DNA of 64,000 bases, from the NCBI RefSeq assembly GCF_009914755.1, contig NC_060927.1; one strand, 5' to 3'. Numbering within the stretch: position 1 is the first letter of the stretch; every line of letters begins with the position of its first letter. The notes under the pieces were generated by a model that was not told the DNA's origin, ran no database searches, and was given only the letters and a program-made list of their open reading frames with translations. Positions 9,768-23,500 of the stretch are shown here, piece after piece. Position numbers and translations under genes: made by a program. This DNA comes from the human T2T-CHM13v2.0 reference genome, Homo sapiens.

Positions 9768-10105
9768 AGCCTACAATGTGGATGAATCTTGAAAATATTG
9801 TGCTACGTGTTATGTCAGTCATAGCAGCTCACCTATTGTGCATTTCATTTTATAGGAAATGTCCACAATATGGAAATCTATGCATATGCGATTGATCGCA
9901 CTAGGAAGTTGCTACCTAGGGCTGAGTTTCAGGGAGAGGGTTTGAGACAGAAGGAGGAGTGACTAATGTCTGCAGGGTTTTTCTCTGGTCGGGGGTGATA
10001 AGACGTTTTACAATGGATTGCGAATTAAAATTGAATGTGCACAACCACAGGTATACTAAAAGCCACTCAGTTCATGACTTTTAATGGGGGAATCTTATGT
10101 GGCGC
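9768..10105 (+). mobile_element. L1MB-like 3' UTR fragment, copy 2
   Basis: Paralogous to 3448-3785 (offset 6320). Confidence 0.75.
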
Positions 10106-10311
10106 AGTCTTATGGAGACCACGGCAGACATAGTGAGAGAGAAAAAGGTGAGTAAATATCTGAAACGGAGGCAGAAACAGAGAGAATGAAAAGCCCTGTG
10201 AATGGAAGGGAGAGCGAAAAGGGAAAATGGTCCCATTTACAAATGACAGATGTGAAACTGGGGTTCACATCAACAGTGTCACTGCCAGGAAGGAGGGTCA
10301 TGCTAGCCATG

Positions 10312-11510
10312 TCACCGGTAGTGTGGCCCGCAGGGACGCCGACCTGCTGGAGCGTCGTGCCAGCATGGGCTGTGGCAACCACGTGGGCCAGCAGGAGGTT
10401 CCCGCTGCACAGCTCTGGGGTGTGGATAGAGTGGGTGGTGATATCGGCCATTACAGGGGCCTCTTCTGCTGGCAAGAGTGTGACAGTAGCAAGTAGATGG
10501 ACAGGCCTGCGTGTGAGGACGGAATGCAGGAGGGGTTCTTGTGCGCCTGGGTGTGGGGCCCTCACGGGAACCGTGGAGAAATGGCCAGGTAACTGCGTCA
10601 TGTGGGCTAGTAGATTGGCCAGGGCTTCGAACTGAAGAACGATAACGGGGAGTAGCTGTCAGGCCCTGGGAGTGCCTGAGTGTAAGTGGAGATGGGTTTG
10701 GGGTCACTGAGGGATGCGTGGGAGCCATCCCTGTATAGGTACAGGTCATAGGGAGATAGTCTCGTGAGGCCTGTGAGTGTCTAGGGTTGTCCTGGGTGCC
10801 TGGGGCTGACTGTGGCAGAAATCTGGGGAAGGCTGGAGAGAAGCTGGGAGACCCAGGAGAGTCCCTGAAGGCAGGGGGTGAAGAGGTGAAAGAAATGGGG
10901 GAGGGTTGCAGTAAGGTCCGTGAGTTTGTAGGTGATTCCTGGGTGCGGGAAGCTGACTCCAGGTGAAATCTGGAGATGGTTGGAGAGTAGCTGAGAGAGA
11001 CAGAAGAGTCCCTGAGGGCTGGGGGTGAGAACATGAGGGAGACGGGGGAGTAAGTCAGTGAAATTCGTGAGTTCGGTGGTGTATCGTGGGTGCCTGGAAC
11101 TGACTCCAGCTGGAATCTAGAGAAGTTTTGAGAGTAGCTGAAGGAGACACAAGAGTCCCTGTGGGCTGAGGGCAAAGACCTGAGAGAGACCAGGGAGGAC
11201 CTCAGTGAAGTCTGTGAGTCTGTAGGTGATTCCGGAGTGTGGGAGGCTGACTCCCGCTGAAATCTGGGCGTGGTGGGAGAGTAGCTGGGACAGACAGGAG
11301 AGTCCCAGGGGGCTGGGGGTGACGACATGAGAGAGACTGGGGAGTAACTCAGTGAATTTGCTGAGTTGGTTGGTGATACCTGGGTGCCTGGAACTGACCT
11401 CCGCTGAAATCTGGGCATTGTTGGAGAGTAGCTGGGACACACAGGAGAGTCACTGAGGGCTGGGGGTGAAGACATGAGCGAGACCGGGGAGTAACTGAGT
11501 GAAACTGGTG
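10312..11510 (-). pseudogene. 5'-truncated copy of the CTD-like heptad-repeat gene (C-terminal ~400 codons, open)
   Basis: Paralogous to 3992-5189 and open across the site frameshifted in the other copy. Native start and promoter are replaced by alpha satellite. Confidence 0.6.
10690..11510. repeat. 147-bp ACRO1-type satellite block, truncated
   Basis: Paralogous to 4370-5189; ends abruptly at ...gaaactggtg. Confidence 0.9.
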
Positions 11511-14500
11511 CCAAATATCCACTTGCAGATTCTGCAAAAAGAGTGTTTCGAAACAACTGTATGAAAAGAAAGGTTAAACACTGTGAGTTGAACGCACACA
11601 TTGCAAAGCGGTTTCTGAGAATGATTCCGTCTAATTATTATACGAAGGTATTTCCTTTTCTATCATTGGCCTCAAAGCGCTTGATACCTCCACCTGAAAA
11701 TTCCACAAAAAGAGTGTTTCCAATCTACTCTGTCTAAAGGAACGTTCAACTCTGTGAGTTGAATACACACACACAGAAAGAATTCACTGAGAATTCTTCT
11801 GTCTGGCATTACATGAAGAAATCCCGTTTCCAACGAAGGCCTCAAAGAGGTCCAAATATCCACTTGCAGATTCTGCAAAAAGAGTGTTTCAAAACCGCTC
11901 CATTAAAAGGAATGTTGAACTCTGTGAGTTGAATGCAAACATCACAACTCAGTTTCTGAGAATGCTTCTGACTAGATTTTATGGTAAGATATTTCCTTTT
12001 CTACCGTAGGCTTCAATGCCCTCTAAATACACCCTTGCAAATTCTACAAAGAGACTGTTTCATAACTGCTCTATAGGAAGAAAGGTTCAACTCTGTGAGT
12101 TGAATGCAGAGATCACAACGTGGTTTCTGCGAATGATTCTTTGTAGTTTTTACATGAAGATATTTCGTTGTCAACCGTAGGCTTCAAAGCACTCAAAGTA
12201 TTCACTTGGAACTTTTACAAAAAGAGTGTTAGAAAACTGCTCTTTCCAAAGTAAGGTTCAACTCTGTGAGTTGAATGCACACATAACAATCAAGAAGTTT
12301 CTGAGAATTCTTCTGTCCTGGTTTATATGAAAAAATCCCGTTTCCAACGAAGGCCTCAAAGACGTTTAAATATCCACTTGCAGACTTCACAAACAGAGTG
12401 TTTCCAAACTGCTCTATGAAAAGAAAGGTTAAACTCTGTGAGTTGAACGCACACATCACAAAGTAGCTTCTGAGAATGATACTGTCTAGTTTTTATACGA
12501 AGATATTTCCTTTCTACCATTGGCGTCAAAGCCCTAGAATTCTCCACTTGCAAATTCCACAAAAAGAGTGTTTCCAATCTGCTCTGTCTAAAGGAAGGTT
12601 CAACTCTGTGAGTTGAATACACACACACAAAGAAGCTACTGAGAATTCTTTTTTCAAGAAATTATAAGAAGAAATCCCGTTTCCAACGAAGGCCTCAAAG
12701 AGTTCCAAATATCCACTTGCACACTGCACAAACTAAGTCTTTCCAAACTGCTCTATGCAAAGAAATGTTCAACTCTGTGAGTTTAATACACACATCACAA
12801 AGCAGTTTCTGAGAATGATACTGTCTAGTTTTTATACGAAGATATTTCCTTTTGTACCATTGGCCTCATACTGCTAGAATTTTCCACTTGCAAATTCCAC
12901 AAAAAGAGTGTTTCCAATCCGCTCTGTCTAAAGGAAGGTTCAACTCTCTGATTTGAATACATACATCCCAAAAGAAGTTACTGAGAATTCTTCTGTCTAG
13001 CATTATGTGAAGAAATCCCGTTTCCAACGAAAGCCTCAAAGAGGTCCAAATATCCAGTTGCAGAATTTACAAACTGACTGTTTCCAAACTCATCTATGAA
13101 AAGAAAGGTTAAACTCTGTGAGTTGAATGCACATATCACAAAGTAGTTCCTGAGAATGATTCTGTCTAGTTTTCATACGAAGATATTTCCTTTTCCACCA
13201 ATGGCCTCAAAGTGCTTGAAATCTCCCCTTGCAAATTCCACAGACAAGTGTTTCAAATCTGCACTGTCTAAAGGAAGGTTCAACCCTGTGAGTTGAATAC
13301 ACACACACAGAAAAAAATTCACTGAGGATTCTATTGTCTATCATTACACGAAGAAATCCCGTTTACTACGAAGGCCTCAAAGAGGTCCAAATATCCAGCT
13401 GCAGACATTACAAACTGAGTGTTTCCAAAGTGCTCTATGAAAAGAAGTGTTAAACACTGTGAGTTCAATGCACACATCCCAAAGCAGTTTCTGACAATGA
13501 TGCCATCTATTTTTTCTACGAAGATATTTCCTTTTCTGCCGTTGGCCTCAAAGCGCTTGAAATCTCCACTTGCAAATTCCACAAAAAGAGAGTTTCAAAT
13601 CTGCTCTGTCTAAAGGAAGGTTCAACTCTGTGAGTTGAATACACACCACAAAAAGAAGTTACTGAGAATTCTTCTGTCTAGCATTATAAGAAAAATCCCG
13701 TTTCCAACGAAGGCCACAAAGAGGTCCAAATATCCACTTGCAGATTCTGCAAAAAGAGTGTTTCCAAACTGCTCTATGAAAAGAAACGTTAAACTCTGTG
13801 AGTTGAACGCAAACATCACAAAGTAGTTTCTGAGAATGACTCCGTCTAGTTTTTATACGAAGATATTTCCTTTCCTACCATTCACTTCAAAGCGCTTGAA
13901 GTCTCCCCCTGAAAATTCCACAAAAAGTGTTTCCAATCTGCTCCGCCTAAAGGAAGCTTCAACTCTGTGAGTTGAATACCCACAACCCAAAGAAGTTACT
14001 GAGAATTCTTCTGTCTAGCATTATATGAAGAAATCCCGTTTCCAACGAAGGCCTCAAATACATCCAAATATCCAGTTGCTGACTTTACAAACTGAGTGTT
14101 TCCAAACTGCTCTATGAAAAGAAAGGTTAAACACTGTGAGTTGAACACACACGTACCAAAGTAGTTTCTGAGAATGATTCTGTCTAGTTTGCATACGAAG
14201 ATATTTCCTTTTCTACCATTGGCCTCAAAGCTCTGAAATCTCCACTTGCAAATTCCACAAAAAGAGAGTTTCAACTCTGCTGTTTCTAAAGGAAAGTTCA
14301 ACTCTGAGAGTTGAATACACACCAGAAAAAGCAGTTACTGAGAAGTCTTCTGTCTAGCATTATATGAAGAAATCCCATTTCCAACGAAGACTTCAAAGAG
14401 GTCCAAATATCCACTTGCAGATTCTGCAAAAAGAGTGTTTCGAAACAACTGTATGAAAAGAAAGGTTAAACACTGTGAGTTGAACGCACACATTGCAAAG

Positions 14501-17500
14501 CAGTTTCTGAGAATGATTCCGTCTAATTATTATACGAAGGTATTTCCTTTTCTATCATTGGCCTCAAAGCGCTTGATACCTCCACCTGAAAATTCCACAA
14601 AAAGAGTGTTTCCAATCTACTCTGTCTAAAGGAACGTTCAACTCTGTGAGTTGAATACACACACACAGAAAGAATTCACTGAGAATTCTTCTGTCTGGCA
14701 TTACATGAAGAAATCCCGTTTCCAACGAAGGCCTCAAAGAGGTCCAAATATCCACTTGCAGATTCTGCAAAAAGAGTGTTTCAAAACCGCTCCATTAAAA
14801 GGAATGTTGAACTCTGTGAGTTGAATGGAAACATCACAACTCAGTTGCTGAGAATGCTTCTGACTAGATTTTATGGTAAGATATTTCCTTTTCTACCGTA
14901 GGCTTCAATGCCCTCTAAATACACCCTTGAAATTCTACAAAGAGACTGTTTCATAACTGCTCTATAGGAAGAAAGGTTCAACTCTGTGAGTTGAATGCAG
15001 AGATCACAACGTGGTTTCTGCGAATGATTCTTTGTAGTTTTTACAGGAAGATATTTCGTTGTCAACCGTAGGCTTCAAAGGACTCAAAGTATTCACTTGG
15101 AACTTTTACAAAAAGAGTGTTAGAAAACTGCTCTTTCCAAAGTAAGGTTCAACTCTGTGAGTTGAATGCACACATAAGAATCAAGAAGTTTCTGAGAATT
15201 CTTCTGTCCTGGTTTATATGAAAAAATCCCGTTTCCAACGAAGGCCTCAGAGACGTTTAAATATCCACTTGCAGACTTCACAAACAGAGTGTTTCCAAAC
15301 TGCTCTATGAAAAGAAAGGTTAAACTCTGTGAGTTGAACGCACACATCACAAAGTTGTTTCTGAGAATGATACTGTCTAGTTTTTATACGAAGATATTTC
15401 CTTTCTACCATTGGCGTCAAAGCGTTAGAATTCTCCACTTGCAAATTCCACAAAAAGAGTGTTTCCAATCTGCTCTGTCTAAAGAAAGGTTCAACTCTGT
15501 GAGTTGAATACACACACACAAAGAAGCTACTGAGAATTCTTTTGTCAAGAATTATAAGAGGAAATCCCGTTTCCAACGAAGGCCTCAAAGAGTTCCAAAT
15601 ATCCACTTGCACACTGCAAAAACTAAGTCTTTCCAAACTGCTCTATGCAAAGAAATGTTCAACTCTGTGAGTTTAATACACACATCACAAAGCAGTTTCT
15701 GAGAATGATACTGTCTAGTTTTTATACGAAGATATTTCCTTTTGTACCATTGGCCTCATACTGCTAGAATTTTCCACTTGCAAATTCCACAAAAAGAGTG
15801 TTTCCAATCCGCTCTGTCTAAAGGAAGGTTCAACTCTCTGATTTGAATACATACATCCCAAAAGAAGTTACTGAGAATTCTTCTGTCTAGCATTATGTGA
15901 AGAAATCCCGTTTCCAACGAAAGCCTCAAAGAGGTCCAAATATCCAGTTGCAGAATTTACAAACTGACTGTTTCCAAACTCATCTATGAAAAGAAAGGTT
16001 AAACTCTGGGAGTTGAATGCACATATCACAAAGTAGTTCCTGAGAATGATTCTGTCTAGTTTTTATACGAAGATATTTCCTTTTCCACCAATGGCCTCAA
16101 AGTGCTTGAAATCTCCCCTTGCAAATTCCACAGACAAGTGTTTCAAATCTGCACTGTCTAAAGGAAGGTTCAACCCTGTGAGTTGAATACACACACACAG
16201 AAAAAAATTCACTGAGAATTCTATTGTCTATCATTACACGAAGAAATCCCGTTTACTACGAAGGCCTCAAAGAGGTCCAAATATCCAGCTGCAGACATTA
16301 CAAACTGAGTGTTTCCAAAGTGCTCTATGAAAAGAAGTGTTAAACACTGTGAGTTCAATGCACACATCCCAAAGCAGTTTCTGAGAATGATTCCGTCTAT
16401 TTTTTCTACGAAGATATTTCCTTTTCTGCCGTTGGCCTCAAAGCGCTTGAAATCTCCACTTGCAAATTCCACAAAAAGAGAGTTTCAAATCTGCTCTGTC
16501 TAAAGGAAGGTTCAACTCTGTGAGTTGAATACACACCACAAAAAGAAGTTACTGAGAATTCTTCTGTCTAGCATTATATGAAAAATCCCGTTTCCAACGA
16601 AGGCCACAAAGAGGTCCAAATATCCACTTGCAGATTCTGCAAAAAGAGTGTTTCCAAACTGCTCTATGAAAAGAAACGTTAAACTCTGTGAGTTGAACGC
16701 AAACATCACAAAGTAGTTTCTGAGAATGACTCCGTCTAGTTTTTATACGAAGATATTTCCTTTCCTACCATTCACTTCAAAGCGCTTGAAGTCTCCCCCT
16801 GAAAATTCCACAAAATGTGTTTCCAATCTGCTCCGCCTAAAGGAAGCTTCAACTCTGTGAGTTGAATACCCACAACCCAAAGAAGTTACTGAGAATTCTT
16901 CTGTCTAGCATTATATGAAGAAATCCCGTTTCCAACGAAGGCCTCAAATACATCCAAATATCCAGTTGCTGACTTTACAAACTGAGTGTTTCCAAACTGC
17001 TCTATGAAAAGAAAGGTTAAACACTGTGAGTTGAACACACACGTACCAAAGTAGTTTCTGAGAATGATTCTGTCTAGTTTGCATACGAAGATATTTCCTT
17101 TTCTACCATTGGCCTCAAAGCTCTGAAATCTCCACTTGCAAATTCCACAAAAAGAGAGTTTCAAATCTGCTGTTTCTAAAGGAAAGTTCAACTCTGAGAG
17201 TTGAATACACACCAGAAAAAGCAGTTACTGAGAAGTCTTCTGTCTAGCATTATATGAAGAAATCCCATTTCCAACGAAGACTTCAAAGAGGTCCAAATAT
17301 CCACTTGCAGATTCTGCAAAAAGAGTGTTTCGAAACAACTGTATGAAAAGAAAGGTTAAACACTGTGAGTTGAACGCACACATTGCAAAGCAGTTTCTGA
17401 GAATGATTCCGTCTAATTATTATACGAAGGTATTTCCTTTTCTATCATTGGCCTCAAAGCGCTTGATACCTCCACCTGAAAATTCCACAAAAAGAGTGTT

Positions 17501-20500
17501 TCCAATCTACTCTGTCTAAAGGAACGTTCAACTCTGTGAGTTGAATACACACACACAGAAAGAATTCACTGAGAATTCTTCTGTCTGGCATTACATGAAG
17601 AAATCCCGTTTCCAACGAAGGCCTCAAAGAGGTCCAAATATCCACTTGCAGATTCTGCAAAAAGAGTGTTTCAAAACCGCTCCATTAAAAGGAATGTTGA
17701 ACTCTGTGAGTTGAATGCAAACATCACAACTCAGTTTCTGAGAATGCTTCTGACTAGATTTTATGGTAAGATATTTCCTTTTCTACCGTAGGCTTCAATG
17801 CCCTCTAAATACACCCTTGCAAATTCTACAAAGAGACTGTTTCATAACTGCTCTATAGGAAGAAAGGTTCAACTCTGTGAGTTGAATGCAGAGATCACAA
17901 CGTGGTTTCTGCGAATGATTCTTTGTAGTTTTTACATGAAGATATTTCGTTGTCAACCGTAGGCTTCAAAGCACTCAAAGTATTCACTTGGAACTTTTAC
18001 AAAAAGAGTGTTAGAAAACTGCTCTTTCCAAAGTAAGGTTCAACTCTGTGAGTTGAATGCACCCATAACAATCAAGAAGTTTCTGAGAATTCTTCTGTCC
18101 TGGTTTATATGAAAAAATCCCGTTTCCAACGAAGACCTCAAAGACGTTTAAATATCCACTTGCAGACTTCACAAACAGAGTGTTTCCAAACTGCTCTATG
18201 AAAAGAAAGGTTAAACTCTGTGAGTTGAACGCACACATCACAAAGTAGTTTCTGAGAATGATACTGTCTAGTTTTTATACGAAGATATTTCCTTTCTACC
18301 ATTGGCGTCAAAGCGCTAGAATTCTCCACTTGCAAATTCCACAAAAAGAGTGTTTCCAATCTGCTCTGTCTAAAGGAAGGTTCAACTCTGTGAGTTGAAT
18401 ACACACACACAAAGAAGCTACTGAGAATTCTTTTGTCAAGAATTATAAGAAGAAATCCCGTTTCCAACGAAGGCCTCAAAGAGTTCCAAATATCCACTTG
18501 CACACTGCACAAACTAAGTCTTTCCAAACTGCTCTATGCAAAGAAATGTTCAACTCTGTGAGTTTAATACACACATCACAAAGCAGTTTCTGAGAATGAT
18601 ACTGTCTAGTTTTTATACGAAGATATTTCCTTTTGTACCATTGGCCTCATACTGCTAGAATTTTCCACTTGCAAATTCCACAAAAAGAGTGTTTCCAATC
18701 CGCTCTGTCTAAAGGAAGGTTCAACTCTCTGATTTGAATACATACATCCCAAAAGAAGTTACTGAGAATTCTTCTGTCTAGCATTATGTGAAGAAATCCC
18801 GTTTCCAACGAAAGCCTCAAAGAGGTCCAAATATCCAGTTGCAGAATTTACAAACTGACTGTTTCCAAACTCATCTATGAAAAGAAAGGTTAAACTCTGT
18901 GAGTTGAATGCACATATCACAAAGTAGTTCCTGAGAATGATTCTGTCTAGTTTTAATACGAAGATATTTCCTTTTCCACCAATGGCCTCAAAGTGCTTGA
19001 AATCTCCCCTTGCAAATTCCACAGACAAGTGTTTCAAATCTGCACTGTCTAAAGGAAGGTTCAACCCTGTGAGTTGAATACACACACACAGAAAAAAATT
19101 CACTGAGAATTCTATTGTCTATCATTACACGAAGAAATCCCGTTTACTACGAAGGCCTCAAAGAGGTCCAAATATCCAGCTGCAGACATTACAAACTGAG
19201 TGTTTCCAAAGTGCTCTATGAAAAGAAGTGTTAAACACTGTGAGTTCAATGCACACATCCCAAAGCAGTTTCTGAGAATGATTCCGTCTATTTTTTCTAC
19301 GAAGATATTTCCTTTTCTGCCGTTGGCCTCAAAGCGCTTGAAATCTCCACTTGCAAATTCCACAAAAAGAGAGTTTCAAATCTGCTCTGTCTAAAGGAAG
19401 GTTCAACTCTGTGAGTTGAATACACACCACAAAAAGAAGTTACTGAGAATTCTTCTGTCTAGCATTATATGAAAAATCCCGTTTCCAACGAAGGCCACAA
19501 AGAGGTCCAAATATCCACTTGCAGATTCTGCAAAAAGAGTGTTTCCAAACTGCTCTATGAAAAGAAACGTTAAACTCTGTGAGTTGAACGCAAACATCAC
19601 AAAGTAGTTTCTGAGAATGACTCCGTCTAGTTTTTATACGAAGATATTTCCTTTCCTACCATTCACTTCAAAGCGCTTGAAGTCTCCCCCTGAAAATTCC
19701 ACAAAAAGTGTTTCCAATCTGCTCCGCCTAAAGGAAGCTTCAACTCTGTGAGTTGAATACCCACAACCCAAAGAAGTTACTGAGAATTCTTCTGTCTAGC
19801 ATTATATGAAGAAATCCCGTTTCCAACGAAGGCCTCAAATACATCCAAATATCCAGTTGCTGACTTTACAAACTGAGTGTTTCCAAACTGCTCTATGAAA
19901 AGAAAGGTTAAACACTGTGAGTTGAACACACACGTACCAAAGTAGTTTCTGAGAATGATTCTGTCTAGTTTGCATACGAAGATATTTCCTTTTCTACCAT
20001 TGGCCTCAAAGCTCTGAAATCTCCACTTGCAAATTCCACAAAAAGAGAGTTTCAAATCTGCTGTTTCTAAAGGAAAGTTCAACTCTGAGAGTTGAATACA
20101 CACCAGAAAAAGCAGTTACTGAGAAGTCTTCTGTCTAGCATTATATGAAGAAATCCCATTTCCAACGAAGACTTCAAAGAGGTCCAAATATCCACTTGCA
20201 GATTCTGCAAAAAGAGTGTTTCGAAACAACTGTATGAAAAGAAAGGTTAAACACTGTGAGTTGAACGCACACATTGCAAAGCAGTTTCTGAGAATGATTC
20301 CGTCTAATTATTATACGAAGGTATTTCCTTTTCTATCATTGGCCTCAAAGCGCTTGATACCTCCACCTGAAAATTCCACAAAAAGAGTGTTTCCAATCTA
20401 CTCTGTCTAAAGGAACGTTCAACTCTGTGAGTTGAATACACACACACAGAAAGAATTCACTGAGAATTCTTCTGTCTGGCATTACATGAAGAAATCCCGT

Positions 20501-23500
20501 TTCCAACGAAGGCCTCAAAGAGGTCCAAATATCCACTTGCAGATTCTGCAAAAAGAGTGTTTCAAAACCGCTCCATTAAAAGGAATGTTGAACTCTGTGA
20601 GTTGAATGCAAACATCACAACTCAGTTTCTGAGAATGCTTCTGACTAGATTTTATGGTAAGATATTTCCTTTTCTACCGTAGGCTTCAATGCCCTCTAAA
20701 TACACCCTTGCAAATTCTACAAAGAGACTGTTTCATAACTGCTCTATAGGAAGAAAGGTTCAACTCTGTGAGTTGAATGCAGAGATCACAACGTGGTTTC
20801 TGCGAATGATTCTTTGTAGTTTTTACATGAAGATATTTCGTTGTCAACCGTAGGCTTCAAAGCACTCAAAGTATTCACTTGGAACTTTTACAAAAAGAGT
20901 GTTAGAAAACTGCTCTTTCCAAAGTAAGGTTCAACTCTGTGAGTTGAATGCACACATAACAATCAAGAAGTTTCTGAGAATTCTTCTGTCCTGGTTTATA
21001 TGAAAAAATCCCGTTTCCAACGAAGGCCTCAAAGACGTTTAAATATCCACTTGCAGACTTCACAAACAGAGTGTTTCCAAACTGCTCTATGAAAAGAAAG
21101 GTTAAACTCTGTGAGTTGAACGCACACATCACAAAGTAGCTTCTGAGAATGATACTGTCTAGTTTTTATACGAAGATATTTCCTTTCTACCATTGGCGTC
21201 AAAGCGCTAGAATTCTCCACTTGCAAATTCCACAAAAAGAGTGTTTCCAATCTGCTCTGTCTAAAGGAAGGTTCAACTCTGTGAGTTGAATACACACACA
21301 CAAAGAAGCTACTGAGAATTCTTTTGTCAAGAATTATAAGAAGAAATCCCGTTTCCAACGAAGGCCTCAAAGAGTTCCAAATATCCACTTGCACACTGCA
21401 CAAACTAAGTCTTTCCAAACTGCTCTATGCAAAGAAATGTTCAACTCTGTGAGTTTAATACACACATCACAAAGCAGTTTCTGAGAATGATACTGTCTAG
21501 TTTTTATACGAAGATATTTCCTTTTGTACCATTGGCCTCATACTGCTAGAATTTTCCACTTGCAAATTCCACAAAAAGAGTGTTTCCAATCCGCTCTGTC
21601 TAAAGGAAGGTTCAACTCTCTGATTTGAATACATACATCCCAAAAGAAGTTACTGAGAATTCTTCTGTCTAGCATTATGTGAAGAAATCCCGTTTCCAAC
21701 GAAAGCCTCAAAGAGGTCCAAATATCCAGTTGCAGAATTTACAAACTGACTGTTTCCAAACTCATCTATGAAAAGAAAGGTTAAACTCTGTGAGTTGAAT
21801 GCACATATCACAAAGTAGTTCCTGAGAATGATTCTGTCTAGTTTTAATACGAAGATATTTCCTTTTCCACCAATGGCCTCAAAGTGCTTGAAATCTCCCC
21901 TTGCAAATTCCACAGACAAGTGTTTCAAATCTGCACTGTCTAAAGGAAGGTTCAACCCTGTGAGTTGAATACACACACACAGAAAAAAATTCACTGAGAA
22001 TTCTATTGTCTATCATTACACGAAGAAATCCCGTTTACTACGAAGGCCTCAAAGAGGTCCAAATATCCAGCTGCAGACATTACAAACTGAGTGTTTCCAA
22101 AGTGCTCTATGAAAAGAAGTGTTAAACACTGTGAGTTCAATGCACACATCCCAAAGCAGTTTCTGAGAATGATTCCGTCTATTTTTTCTACGAAGATATT
22201 TCCTTTTCTGCCGTTGGCCTCAAAGCGCTTGAAATCTCCACTTGCAAATTCCACAAAAAGAGAGTTTCAAATCTGCTCTGTCTAAAGGAAGGTTCAACTC
22301 TGTGAGTTGAATACACACCACAGAAAGAAGTTACTGAGAATTCTTCTGTCTAGCATTATATGAAAAATCCCGTTTCCAACGAAGGCCACAAAGAGGTCCA
22401 AATATCCACTTGCAGATTCTGCAAAAAGAGTGTTTCCAAACTGCTCTATGAAAAGAAAGGTTAAACTCTGTGAGTTGAACACAAACATCACAAAGTAGTT
22501 TCTGAGAATGACTCCGTCTAGTTTTTATACGAAGATATTTCCTTTCCTACCATTCACTTCAAAACGCTTGAAGTCTCCCCCTGAAAATTCCACAAAAAGT
22601 GTTTCCAATCTGCTCCGCCTAAAGGAAGCTTCAACTCTGTGAGTTGAATACCCACAACCCAAAGAAGTTACTGAGAATTCTTCTGTCTAGCATTATATGA
22701 AGAAATCCCGTTTCCAACGAAGGCCTCAAATACATCCAAATATCCAGTTGCTGACTTTACAAACTGAGTGTTTCCAAACTGCTCTATGAAAAGAAAGGTT
22801 AAACACTGTGAGTTGAACACACACGTACCAAAGTAGTTTCTGAGAATGATTCTGTCTAGTTTGCATACGAAGATATTTCCTTTTCTACCATTGGCCTCAA
22901 AGCTCTGAAATCTCCACTTGCAAATTCCACAAAAAGAGAGTTTCAAATCTGCTGTTTCTAAAGGAAAGTTCAACTCTGAGAGTTGAATACACACCAGAAA
23001 AAGCAGTTACTGAGAAGTCTTCTGTCTAGCATTATATGAAGAAATCCCATTTCCAACGAAGACTTCCAAGAGGTCCAAATATCCACTTGCAGATTCTGCA
23101 AAAAGAGTGTTTCGAAACAACTGTATGAAAAGAAAGGTTAAACACTGTGAGTTGAACGCACACATTGCAAAGCAGTTTCTGAGAATGATTCCGTCTAATT
23201 ATTATACGAAGGTATTTCCTTTTCTATCATTGGCCTCAAAGCGCTTGATACCTCCACCTGAAAATTCCACAAAAAGAGTGTTTCCAATCTACTCTGTCTA
23301 AAGGAACGTTCAACTCTGTGAGTTGAATACACACACACAGAAAGAATTCACTGAGAATTCTTCTGTCTGGCATTACATGAAGAAATCCCGTTTCCAACGA
23401 AGGCCTCAAAGAGGTCCAAATATCCACTTGCAGATTCTGCAAAAAGAGTGTTTCAAAACCGCTCCATTAAAAGGAAGGTTGAACTCTGTGAGTTGAATGC

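Larger units (their letters stand above)
1..11510. repeat. ~6.3-kb composite tandem repeat (ACRO-composite type), ~1.8 units, second unit truncated by alpha satellite
   Basis: 1-5189 recurs at 6304-11510. The offset drifts 6303/6309/6296/6320/6321 through microsatellite length changes, a 13-bp indel and a 1-bp indel, with otherwise only scattered substitutions. Family name from recognition of the 147-bp ACRO1-type satellite plus TE fragments. Confidence 0.93.
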
